From positions 440,986,947 to 441,050,946 of the forward strand of contig NC_133618.1 of the NCBI RefSeq assembly GCF_048593235.1: a stretch of DNA of 64,000 bases, given 5' to 3'. The stretch is from Sminthopsis crassicaudata. Its lineage: Eukaryota. A program made the position numbers and the translations under genes. The notes beneath the pieces are model-generated. The model ran no database searches, was not told the origin of the DNA, and saw nothing but the letters and a program-made list of their open reading frames with translations. This document shows positions 11,450 through 23,600 of this stretch, one piece after another (the stretch's first letter is position 1; each line of letters begins with the position of its first letter).

Positions 11450-11628
11450 TTAGCAGGACACCTCCATGGTCTGTGGCCTGTCCAGGACATCGGCTGGCTC
11501 CAGGGCTCCTGGAGTTCCATCTGACTGCGTGCTGGTGAGAGACCGGCTGTAGACACTTTCTCCAGAGCCTATGCTGGATGTGGAGTGGGTGCGTGATCGA
11601 AGGAGCCGCGTCATACTAGCTGCTGGTA
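11450..11628 (-). CDS. NDRG3: NDRG3 last coding exon (179 nt to TAA)
   Basis: tcttgcag|(I)[58 protein letters not shown]; ends in the family MEVSC motif. Confidence 0.97.
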
Positions 11629-14600
11629 CTGCAAGAGATAATCAGAGGGGCCGAGAGGCTGAGCGTCAGCGTGATCTGGCTTTCAGAAGGATGACGGGTC
11701 TCTGGCTCAGGGTCTCGGCCAGCCTGTCCTGTTGCCCCCCAAGGGTTCCTAGAGAGCCGCACAAATCCCTCTTCGGGGCTGGGAGCACATGTGCAGCAAT
11801 GCTGGTCACTGCCCAGAGCTCTCCAGAGGGAGCCTCTGGCCGAAGGGGACGGCACCATCAGCGAGCCTAGTTTCTCAGGCGGGCCCAAACCATTCCAGGA
11901 AGGAGCAGGAGGAAGGAGATCTGGAGACTACTTCTAGGGAAGTCAAACCCAAGACATGCAACACTAACTCTAACACACACACGTAAGTCATTGTTTCACA
12001 ATGACAGCACAAGCCTGATACAACGGAGGTCTTCGTGGGTGGGACAATCACCAATGGTACAAGGAAGCCAGACAAGAGGCCCAGGAGAACAGGCTCCTGC
12101 TGCTGCCATTGCTATGCCCCCTGGCCAAGCAAGGGCAGCCGCTTTCCACATCTGGTACAGAGGGGCTACAGGCAATCGACTCCCAGATCTTCCTTAGGAT
12201 TGGCGGCCTATCACTTTCCAGGCATGAGACTTCAGAGGTGACCCATGGTCCCTGGAAAATCCCCAGGAGACTTGCGATTTCTATCCCCATAGGCCACAGT
12301 GTTCTCTGGGAAGGGAGGAGCCATGGGCATGGCCTCTGGGTCCCTGCTCTGCTAAAAGTGGCTGGCACCACTGCTGTAACCTGTCTCCCCCAACCTCCCC
12401 ACCCCCGGCCCTCCATCCCCTCAGCCGTCTTCTGACTGACTTGGGGATGGAAGGAGCCGCGTTCTATCAGGCTCCCACTGCACAGGAAGACTTGTGACAC
12501 ATGCTGCAGGCAGCCAAGGCAGCCAGGAGGGTGCTGCTGGGAGGAGAGGGCAAAGGCTGGCATGGAGGAAGGTACCTGACTCGGTGCTCAGGTGGCTGAG
12601 CTGCACATACGGGACTGGAAGCAGGAGGGGATATAGGAAAAGGCGTGTTAGTTACCTTAAAATGCCAAGAGGCCTTCTAGGTGGCTTACTAAAAGCAGAA
12701 CAGTTTAGTTCTTAGTTACTTTCAAGCTTGATGCTTTTCAAATGACCTCTCAGATCTTTCTTCTCTTATCCAAATGGAAAGGAAATTATTTTCCTAATCC
12801 CCATAAATAGCCACAAGCTTTTACATCCAAACTAAAAGAAGTTGGTGAAAAGGGGACTTGACGATTTACTATCCCCTAACAAATGGGGTAATAAAGTGGA
12901 CAGGTTAAGAAAATCCAGATCTTAATTCCCCTGGGAATAGGACCTGGGTTTGGCTACACGGTGACTCCTCCAAGCATTCTGCTGGGTCACATCCAGTATC
13001 CTGAGACCTATTGGTCTCAAATGCTTTGGGACCTTACAGTTTGATCAGTCTGTGCTGAAAATGCCCACTCTTAGGTTCTAAGACCACACCACCACACAGG
13101 GGTGTTCCCAGAGGTAGAGAACATGTTCCGGGGGAAAGCTCTTGCTGGAAGCAGGGTCTGAGTCAGGCCCTCACAGAAGCATCTGTGTAGTATAGGTATA
13201 ACTAATTAGGGTACCTCAGTGGTGAGCTGGAAAGTGAACTGGAGCAGCAGTCAGGAGAGATTTGCCTCTCAGTTCCAAGTGGCACTAAACCTCCTTGGGA
13301 TTCAGTTCTCTCATAGGCAGAGTAAAAAGGCTGGACAAGAGGGCCTTACCAAGAACCAGCTCTGGTTCTGAAAAGACATGCTAAATTAAAAACTATTCTC
13401 TTTTCCTGAAAAGAAAACCTAGGTGACTACTGAGAAAACAAGCTTTTTGAGCTGGCCCAGGGTCTATCTTGCCAGGCTTGAGTACTTAATACAAATTCTC
13501 GAAAACTAAAAGTTTCTCTATATCGGGGCTACCTCCTCCATGAAGCCTTTCCCTGTTCCCTCCAGCCTTTAGTGTTCTCTCCTTCCTCAAATTGCTTTGT
13601 TTGTCATTATCTGTTTATGTTATTTTTATAGACATCTAATTTTTGTAATCTCATCCCCGGGGCCCAGCCCCATGCTTTGTACATGAATCGATGTTTGTTG
13701 CAATGAATTTAAGATCTTGGCTTCTAACTGCCTTGGCACAGGCACAAAATACTCATGTAAGGGCAGTACAGCTGAATGCCCTGTGCTGTTTGGACATCAC
13801 CCCGCCAAGCTATGTGTGGGGCTGCGATTGTGTCCAGATTACTTACTATAGCCCATTCCCTGCACAAAGTATTTGAAGGCTTCGGTCAGCTTCCCAGGCT
13901 AGGGGAACAAAGTAAGAAGACATTAGTTCAGACAGGTCCATGGACGGTGGGAAGCAAAATCAGATAATTTTTTGACTTCTTACCTGAACCACTTGGGGTA
14001 ACCCTCCACAATCTGCCATCTAGACAAAAAGAAATATGTACATTAGCCTTTGCTTACATTTCTTACACTTACAACATTCAATGCCTACACTATCTTTATG
14101 ACAAATAAGGTATTTGTTTAAATTTAAATTTAGGTTCCATTACTGGAAGTCCCTAGTCCCTGAGAAGGATCCCAAGCCTTCTAAACTTAAGCAGCGCAAG
14201 GTCTAACTTGCAGACTCGGGACAGGAATTTTCTTTCAGAGGTTCAAGTTTAAGGTCTTAAGGTCTGATAAAGAAACTAATTTTTAACAACCTGAGGAAAG
14301 TCACTACATTCACTCAATAAACAGGGCCTACTAGATACAAGGTGCTATGACAGTCAATAGGTAAAGCAACACAGATATCCACAAAATCTGGGTTAGATAG
14401 CGGCAGATTGTCAGGAAGTCTGACCCTAGGAAAAAGACTTCAGACACTTACTAACTGCGTGATTCTGGGCCAGTCACTTTACCTGTATGCCTCGATTTCC
14501 TTACCAGTAAAATGGGGATAAAAACTGCACCTACGCTCTGGAATTGGAGTAACTATACCTGGCACACAGTAGCTGATAAATATGTTGGCTATTATTACTA

Positions 14601-17600
14601 TTATTATTGTTCTGTTCTTCAGGGACTTGACAATTTCTCTGTATGGCAGTGCCTTGAGAGACAGTGGGATAAAATGTGAAGACCTTTTTTTTTGTCTGAA
14701 GGATTAGCAGCAAATCCAAATGACTGCTCATTCCTAGCCATGTCACTTAACTTCCTCTGGATCTCCACTTTTTCATTTGTGAAATGGGGGTAAAAAAAAT
14801 GTGTCATTGGCTTCATAGGGTCATTGTTGAGACAAATGTTTTGTAAAGCCCAAGGCATATGAAAATGCAAGGTTGTTTTTATGATTGAGCTGTACATTCG
14901 GATTTCATTCTGGAAATGGAGGATGACTTCCTTGAAAATCTTTGGGTTGCTTGCTGTTTTTGCATTCAATCATTTCATGTGTGTCTGTTCTTAGCCACTT
15001 CAGAAGGTTTCTGTGATAACACCTGTTTGTGGAGGAAGGGGGGAGGTGTAGACCTTCCAAATAGGGGAAATAGAAGCAGTTGGCTTACTCAAGATTGTAA
15101 CTTACCTTTAACCTGACATGAATCTGGAAGGCATTTGTCACAAGACACATGTTGGCAAATTGCATGAGGAAAAATGTGTCTTAGGTTTTTCAAGCATATA
15201 GCCAAGTTTATTCATTCCCCAAAGCAATAAAGAGAATCTAGATTTAGACTTATTGGGAAAAACAACTCCTGTACTACTCTGAATAAGCACTGACTGGAAT
15301 GAAACATACACACTCTCATTATTTAAAAAAGGTGGAAGCTCCCAATCAATATAACAGATTTCAGTCCGCGTTATGGTCTGGTCACTTGAAGGATAAACAC
15401 TGAAGGGAAAATGGACAAGTGGCTACTAACATTTAAAACTTAAGGCAGTTTCCTTTCAGGCAGCAAGCCTCTTACCAGCAAATGGATGACACTGAGGGGG
15501 TAAGCAGAGAAACTGTTGTTATTACCTTTAGTAGAGTTGTGTTCATAGGGTCCAGGCGAGCATTGCATTCAACCTAAAAGAAGAAAAGATTCTCAGATTA
15601 ACCAATAGACAGAAGATCCATCTGAAGATAATCCTAATCTTTTTGATAACTCCAGTTTATCATTATTAGCAGTGGCTATTATGGTCTGTGACACTGGGAC
15701 TAATGAGCCTGTTTGATCCTCTAATGAATGGTATTGTTTCAGTTTGGTCTGGTAGTTGTGCAACACTTACACATGCCTAACCCCACCCATCCACTAGTAT
15801 AGTGATGCATGCCTTATGGTCAGGTGGGAAAACGCTGCAGTAAATCCTTGTTGTTCTGTCTCACCTGCTGACCTACTTCTCATCTGTTTTGAAAATCCTG
15901 CCATCTATAGCACTAATTGACTTTATGTAAGAAAATAGACAAGGTCATTGAAGAAAAATCAGAACACCAAGCTTTTGTGCAAAAATTAAGCCACTTAAGC
16001 CATGTTTGAGTAAGTTGGAGGTGGAAAAAAAGTGGCTTGAGTCTAGTTATTTTTGTTAGGCTGGGGGCTGCTGGCTGCTTTTAGCCAGCATTCTGACCCC
16101 AAGCCAAAAATAAGACCGCAGTGGTTCTCTACATCCCTAAGCAAAAGGGCTGCCTGCCTTCTCTAGGCCTAAGCACCGTACATAATAGCAGGTGGGAGAG
16201 AGGGCTCTGGTTAGCTATTTTTGAAAACAAGTAAGTAGCTAACCCTAAATCTAGGGGGATGGGGTGGGAACAAAAGAGCATGCACACACATACCACAGCT
16301 TCAACTGCAGGTGAGCTGTCTCCTACCACCAGTAATGTAGGACACCTAAGTAAAGACCAGACAAAGAATAACACTCAGAGACAAGAGGATACACTTGAAT
16401 ATGTCCTGAATATTAAATTATTCTGAAGAAGGGGTAGAGGAAGTTGGGGAGAAAAAAAAGGGGGAAAAGAGAAATAGAGAAGGGGAAGAAAAAGACAAGA
16501 GAGAAAGAAGGGGAAAAGAGACGGGGAAAAGAGAGAGGGATGAAGAAAGAGAAAGAGAGAGAGGGAGAACATTTGTCCACTAGTGAGCACGGACATGGAG
16601 AATGGGGGTTACTTACTTCAGAGTTTTTGTTCTGTTGTCATTATTGCCTAGTATGGGCCTTTCAATCTCCAGATCTCTGCGACTGGATAAATAAAACAAA
16701 CTTTATCAGGCAGAACTGCATAGAATCTTGAGAATAATCAGACTAACTACCAGAGCAGAATCCCCTTTACAAAATCACACCAAAGCAGTGACTTGAATGT
16801 CTTTACTACCTCTACTAAGACAATTCATTCTATTTCCAAACTGCTCTACCTAGGAAGTTGACCTTACACCAATCCCCTTCCCTCCTCACCAGGTTTTACT
16901 GTCCAAACCGATAAGTACTTTGTGGGCAGGTACCAATTATATTAGTTCAGATCCAACACAAAGACATGCTTCACATCCCACTCCCTCTTCCTGAAAATCT
17001 TCCACTTTCCAGTTCTGGAACTATAAAAGAGGTGTCAATCTATTCCCCTAAAGTTTTGCTCTCTACTCCAGCAACTTTCCAAAGCAAAATATCTTAGCCT
17101 GGTCACCACTCCCTCCCATTTGTATTGAGAGAAATTTTCAGTTCTGTCTAGGCCCAGGGCTCTATCCACTCTGCCACGAGGCTCCCCTTTAAGCATGGTT
17201 TCCCAATTAGATGGTAAACTCACAGAGGGAAAGGATTCCATGCTCCTGTAATTTATATTCTCCAGAGTTCATCACAGAGTTAGGCTAGCTCTAGGACAGT
17301 TATTTCACTCATTCCACCCATAGTTCTAAATACAGCCCTCTTGGGCAAGCAGATCAAATTTAATTCATTCATCCATCAAGAACTTTTCAAATACTTGCAG
17401 CTGATGAGATGAGGGTAGCAATTCCTAGTTTGAAATAAACATGACAAATTCATAATGGCCATTTTCTTTGGCAAAAGGCAGGTTTATTTAGGGGAAGAGG
17501 TTACAAACAAAAATAAGAGGTAAAATAGGAACCAGGAATGGCAAATATGAAATAAAAGTTGGGAGAGCATATAATTAGCAAGGAAAAGACAAATTTCCTA

Positions 17601-20600
17601 GGGAAACTAATAATTAACCAGGAGAAAGTAAGTGGGAGTAAGTGATTGACTAACAGATTAGCTCCATAGAGGAGTTTAGTAGACTAATTAGAGTTAGAGG
17701 AAGGTGAAAGATGCCTTGAGAGGGAAGGCACTATGAAAAGGGAGAGAGAGTAATCTAATAGTGGACTTAGTCCTGAAAAAAACTCAGTAAAGATCTTCAT
17801 CATAACCAGATCTTTTCTAGGGGAAATACAGCTTTGGGGTTTCTTCCAGGGAAGCCTAGGTGGAATTCTGATGGAGAATCAAAGAGCCAGATGAAATGCA
17901 CTTGGCAGACCAGATCCCAGATTTGTTTAAATATATGCTAATCAATATATCAATATATACATCAATTAAAGATGTATAGAAATTTGAGGGATAGACAAAA
18001 CAGTTCCATCCTCACAATCACTATTCAAACAGTCTAGGAATTTGTTATATCTGATGATAACTGGGCTTCTTCCTGACAGAGGAAGTGAGTCATCACAGTC
18101 AATCAAATCTTCCTTAGTGTCCACTTTTTCAGAATAAATCCAGGTTCCTTCATTTTATACAGAACTGGAACTGTTCTGTCCAAAAACCACTCCTGAGTTG
18201 TAGAATTAGCATGTCAATGATAGAAGGCTGGAAAATGTGCCTCCTTGCTTCTGTTTCTCTGCTGAATTCTCTTAGAATTCAGTCCATCTGTAGTAGTGTT
18301 ACAATTACAATAAACTTTGCCCATGGCTAAGAAGATGAGTTCAAGCCCGAAAATTTTGTTGAGATATTTTGCAACACCAGTCTATGACCCCCAAACTTTT
18401 GGGGTCCCATTCCCAACCTCAACACTTTTATTCTGTTTTTGTTGTGAATTAAAAAACCAAAGAAAATTTTAGAATCAGTTCAATTCACAACAGCAGAACA
18501 GAAATAGCCAATACATAAACCTTCAAGCATGATTTGCAAATCAGATGAGCACGCAGAGTGTGAGTGAGCCACTACTTAATATGGTAATGGAACAGCAATG
18601 GATCAAGGGAAGAGCCCTAGGACACATCATTATAAGCATTTCTTTCAAGTTAATACTGGTTGTGAGTTCCCTGTACATATAGCTTCTAATGGAACAGGCA
18701 ACTCTGGAGTCTGTTTTTGTTATGGAAGTCAAGGACGGGCCAAAGAGCAATTTATTCACCAAGAGAACACAGCAGTAATTCATCAGTAGGGAAACTCACT
18801 ACAGAGCCCCTGGGGTCATGCTGAGGTGCTCTATAAGAAAGAAAACCCGGCTGCTCAGCTTCCTACCCAAGGGGAGAGAAAAGCAAGCTTACTAGACTAT
18901 AAGTTCCTTGAGGACAAGCTTTCATGCTTTTCTAATTCCCATAATGCCTGAACACAGAGCAAGGTTCAATAAAACTTTGCTGAACTGAAAACAGCTGCAG
19001 GAGGGTTCAGGTCAGCCAAACACATAAACAATGCTCCATAGTACTTATAATCCCGAGTTTGTCCCACAGAAATTTCTTGAATTCCTTCTTGTATCCTCAG
19101 AAAGCAAACTGTCTCAGTGATTTGGGCAGTAATATAATTTTTTGATATAAGTAAATAAATGAAAATCCTTTATTCATGCATATATACACGAGTGGAAGAT
19201 TTTACAGTGAGGCAATGGAGGGGAAAAAATGATACGGAAAGAAGTCAAACCATAAAGTTGCCCTTTTTTATCTTTCTTCCTTTTATGCTACCTTATGTTT
19301 TAAATTCATTAGATCTCTATAGGATAAAGAACTGATACAACCTTAAAACCTTAACTAGTTTGGCTGGGGCTATGCTACAGTTATTCCTTCCACATCTCAA
19401 CTTTCCCCACTGAAGTTTCCATGTGTCATGGGTCAGCTTAAATTAAGTGGGGGGCAGCTAGATGGTGCAGTGGATACAGCACAACCCTGAAGTAAGGAGG
19501 ACTTGAATACTTCCTGGCTGTGTGACCCTGGGCAAGTCACTTAACTCCAAATGCCTCAGCAAAAAAAAAGCAAAACCAAAAACCAAATTAAGTGGAAATT
19601 TAGGGGAGTTTTGTGAAAGTCACAAATAATATGTGAAGACCAACAGATGACACAGAGCCTATGAACAAATACTTAACCCAAATTTTACAATAAGATACTG
19701 CAAACACCCCATAAAAAAAGTTAAGACTTCTTGTGGTATGAAAGGAAAGCCAAAAAATTTCACACATGGGAGACTGTCCCTAAGGCCCTGATGTGGAAGG
19801 GCTAACTATTTGTGGCTATGGCAGTCTGCTGTGGCAGATGGGTCCACAAAAGAACAAACCTATCAAACACAGTGGAAACAGAAATATTTACTTTTTCCAC
19901 CTCCAATGTTCACTGTCTTCTTAGACTGAATCTATCCTAATATGTGTTTCATACCTATTATATGAACCTAGGAACAGCTGTAGATTATCTTGGTTGATAT
20001 CTTGAGCAATGTGGAGTCGATATGTTTGGATCAGGTCCAGATTGGCTTGCAACTCTTCCTAAAGGAGAGAAGACATGGTGCTTTAGGTAAACTCCAAGAT
20101 AGAAAAAAAAAGTTCAATTCACCTCAATACAGGTGATTTTCATCCTCAGTGAACTATGCCTTTATGTCTCTTTCTTTCTCAGGGGTGATAGAGCATTTTT
20201 TGGCAGGTTTCTCACTGTGTATGAATCACTGAATTTGTCTTTGGATCTAGTCTTTTTAAGGGACACATAATTCAAGCCCTTTCTCAAAAAGACCCAGAAA
20301 AGGAGCTGATTCTAAAATTAAGAAAATAGTCATATTGGGTTTATTCAGAAGGGCAGTGAAGCCAAGGGGAAATCATGACTTCACTATTCAGAGACAGTAT
20401 TCTCATTGCACTACCACTTTTACAAAGTTGTTGTGTGAAATTTAAAACAACATACAAATCATCACCATCTAATAGTTGAGAAAGCCTTGGAATCAATCTT
20501 CCTTACTATGCCAGTTTCAGAAAACTAAGTTTATATCCTAATAATTTTTAAACTTTTCTTTAATATGCCAGGGTCCAACTTCTTAAACTGTGGTTCACAA

Positions 20601-23600
20601 CCCCATATGGGATCTTATAACTGAATGTGAGGGTCATGAAATGATTTATTATCAGATGTTTGATTTGCTACCTATAGACTGAGGATCATGTAAAAATTTC
20701 TCAGGTGAAAAGGGGTTGAGGGTGGAGAAAGTTGAAGAAGCCCTAATCTTGAGGTTTCTGATCTATCACTATCAGTGTCTATATTTACTTACCACGTGCA
20801 CAGGGCAATCTCTTTCTCCCATTTAATGGGAGTCAGGTTAGAGAAACATGAAGAAAAGAGACTAAGCACTCAAAAACTAGTGACCTTATTTCCAGTGGTC
20901 ACAGCTGAGTCTATTCCTGTCTCCATTTTCACTGCCCCAGTGATTTTTCCTTCTTCAGTTACCACAGAGTAGCCGACCTTTGATTTGCCTACCCATTTTC
21001 TCATGTTTTCCTGTGATTGTCACTTCTTTTCACAAATTACATATACATTTTCCTCAAATTTCACTATGTAAATGTGTTATTTCCATAAAACCTTTCTAGA
21101 TCTTACTATGTTTGTAAAAGAAATCTAGAGAAAAACTTTCAATTTAGCAAATGATTCCACCCCTTCCTTTCTTTCCCTTTAAGGATCACCTGGAATTGGT
21201 AAGATGCTCTTCACAGAATACTTGGTGTTTCTTGGCCAAATGGATCTTTTATACTGATAGTATTTCCTTCAGATGTTACAGAGTTATGTATTACAACCAG
21301 TTATACTCTCTGAAGTCCCTCCACCTTTTCTTTGCCTCATGATAATATCTTGGGAAACAGTAGGTTCAATGTCTGTGAGTCTGCTGGAGTCAAGCCAATT
21401 TTGTTCTGGGATAATACACTCAAAACCAAATTGCATGACTTTGTTTTGGTGACAGTTTCCAAGTTATGTTAAGTAGGCTAACCCCCTTACACTTACCTGT
21501 CCAAAGTGGTGAGCCAAAATAATGTCTACAATGTTAGTTGTCCAACCTGAGAACTAGAAAGAAGGAAATTAAATGTTACACAGTCATGTAATTTTTTAAA
21601 AGAAATTTTTACTGATCTTGTTTTTACATCATCTATATTTCCATTGCATCCGTAAGTCAAAAATGAAGAGGAAATATATTATGGGACAGAGGTGCTGAGT
21701 ATCACTAGAAATCTTCTGATGGGTTGGTTTTCTGTAGTCTTTGGATCACTGATAGCAAATAGTCATGACTAAAAGAATTACAACATTCAAATCTCTGGTG
21801 ACACAACTCATACTTTCAATCCAATATTTATTAAGAACCTGCTATATATGAGCAGCCACTGAAGTGGGTGGTACTATGAGAAGGGATATAAAGATATAAG
21901 ACACTAATGAGGTGAATTGAGTTAGTTAGAGGAAAAAGGCATAAACAAGAATAAAATAAGTAGTGTGTGGGGAAAAAAAAACCATAAAGGGAATACAGGA
22001 TTATCAGAATGAATTGGAGGAAAGCTATTTTGGAGCCTCAGATTTTTGTTATAAATCATAAGTAAAGAAAACTGCAAGCCAGTGAGATTTATAGACCACT
22101 CCTCTCCTCGGCTACAAGGATAGATGAAAAACTTCTTTGCAATTTAAAAATAACTTGATTTGTGATATCAAAGGAAAAGAAAGCCAAGTATAGTCTGACA
22201 CATATTCTTTAGGAGATGGCAACCTACCCACTGCCTGCTTTCAAAAACAGGAGCTGGTCGAAATGATTTTTACATTTTAAAATAAAGTTTTATCGCATTT
22301 AAAAACGAAAACAAAAAACATTCTTAGGCATCCAAGGGCAGATCTGGTTAAGAAAATCCCAAATGAGATTGTGGCGACTTCTACATAACTGAAAATAAGT
22401 CCTCAGATGTTAATATTCTAAAGGAATGTCCATTTAGGAGGAATAGAAAACTCTTCAGAATAAAATTTAAAGGGCACAAATAAAAACTATTAAGGGATGA
22501 ATGATCTAAAGAAATCATTGAAGTGGAGACAAAAGAAACTAATTGACCACAAAGAGAGACTAGTAGGAAGAGAAAATGAATAGAGTCCTGTGTGAATGGC
22601 ATAGGCCTGTAGGATCATTGCCAGAAGTTTATAGTTTACAATGAACTGAATGATGGTCAAAAATGTTTAAGAAAATAAAAAAGGATGGTGTCAGTAGCAA
22701 ACTGATTTGAACTTATTATAAAGCTGCAGTCTTATACTAAGCACCAAAAATTATTATGTACTCATGGAATTCATTTGTGCTAAAATAAATACTGTTTTTA
22801 GATTGAAAAAGCACCCCTATGTGCAAAAATATTTCTAGCAGCTCTTTTTGTGGTGGCAAGGAATTGGACATTGAATGGATGCACTTGGCTGAATAAATTA
22901 TGGTATATGATTATAATGGAGTATTATTGTTCTGTAAGAAATGATGAGTAGGATGATTTCAGAAAGGCTTAGAAAGACTTACATGAATTGATGCTGAGTG
23001 AAATAAGAAGAACAAGGAGAATATTGACACACAGTAACAACAACACTGTGTGATAACCAACTATAAAAGACTTAGCTCTTCTTAGTGATCCCCAAAACAA
23101 TTCCAATAGACTTGGGATGGAAAATGCCATCCACAGAGAGAGAACTATGAAGTCTGAATGAATATTGAAGCATGTTATTTTCACCTTTTTGTTATTGCTG
23201 TTTGCTTTTTCTTTCTCATGGTTTTTCTCCTTTTGATCTGATTTTTCTTTCGCAACTTGACCAATATGGAAACATACAGTAAAACCCTTATCATATCGGG
23301 TGTCTTGGTGTCTTGGAAAGGGGGGGAGATAAGAAGGAAAGAAAAAAAAAATTGAGAACTCAAAAATCTTACAAAAATGAATGCTGAAAACTAATTTTTT
23401 TAAAACATGGAATTGGAAAAATAAAATACTATTGAGAAAAAAAAAAAGAAAACCTAAAAAATTATTTTGAAACAAATTTTTCTTGAGTGCTAAAATTTTC
23501 AAGAATTACTGTCAAGCAGCAGCTTAAGTTAGTGGGGGTCTGGGATGGATAGGAAAACAACTCAATTATAGAATCACAGAAGGATAGGGAAGGGTACAGT

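Noticed and set aside
11571-12715. Several overlapping 60-170-aa ORFs on both strands
   Set aside because: By-product of the high GC content of the last intron and exon. Read-through of the intron into the last exon hits TGA in the NDRG3 frame.
19451-19520. tRNA-like heads (also at 8374, 29156, 44317)
   Set aside because: These are the tRNA-derived A/B-box regions of SINEs; no cloverleaf or tRNA gene is present.
22969-23502. 177-aa minus-strand Phe-rich ORF
   Set aside because: Antisense reading of an L1 3' UTR and its A-tail.
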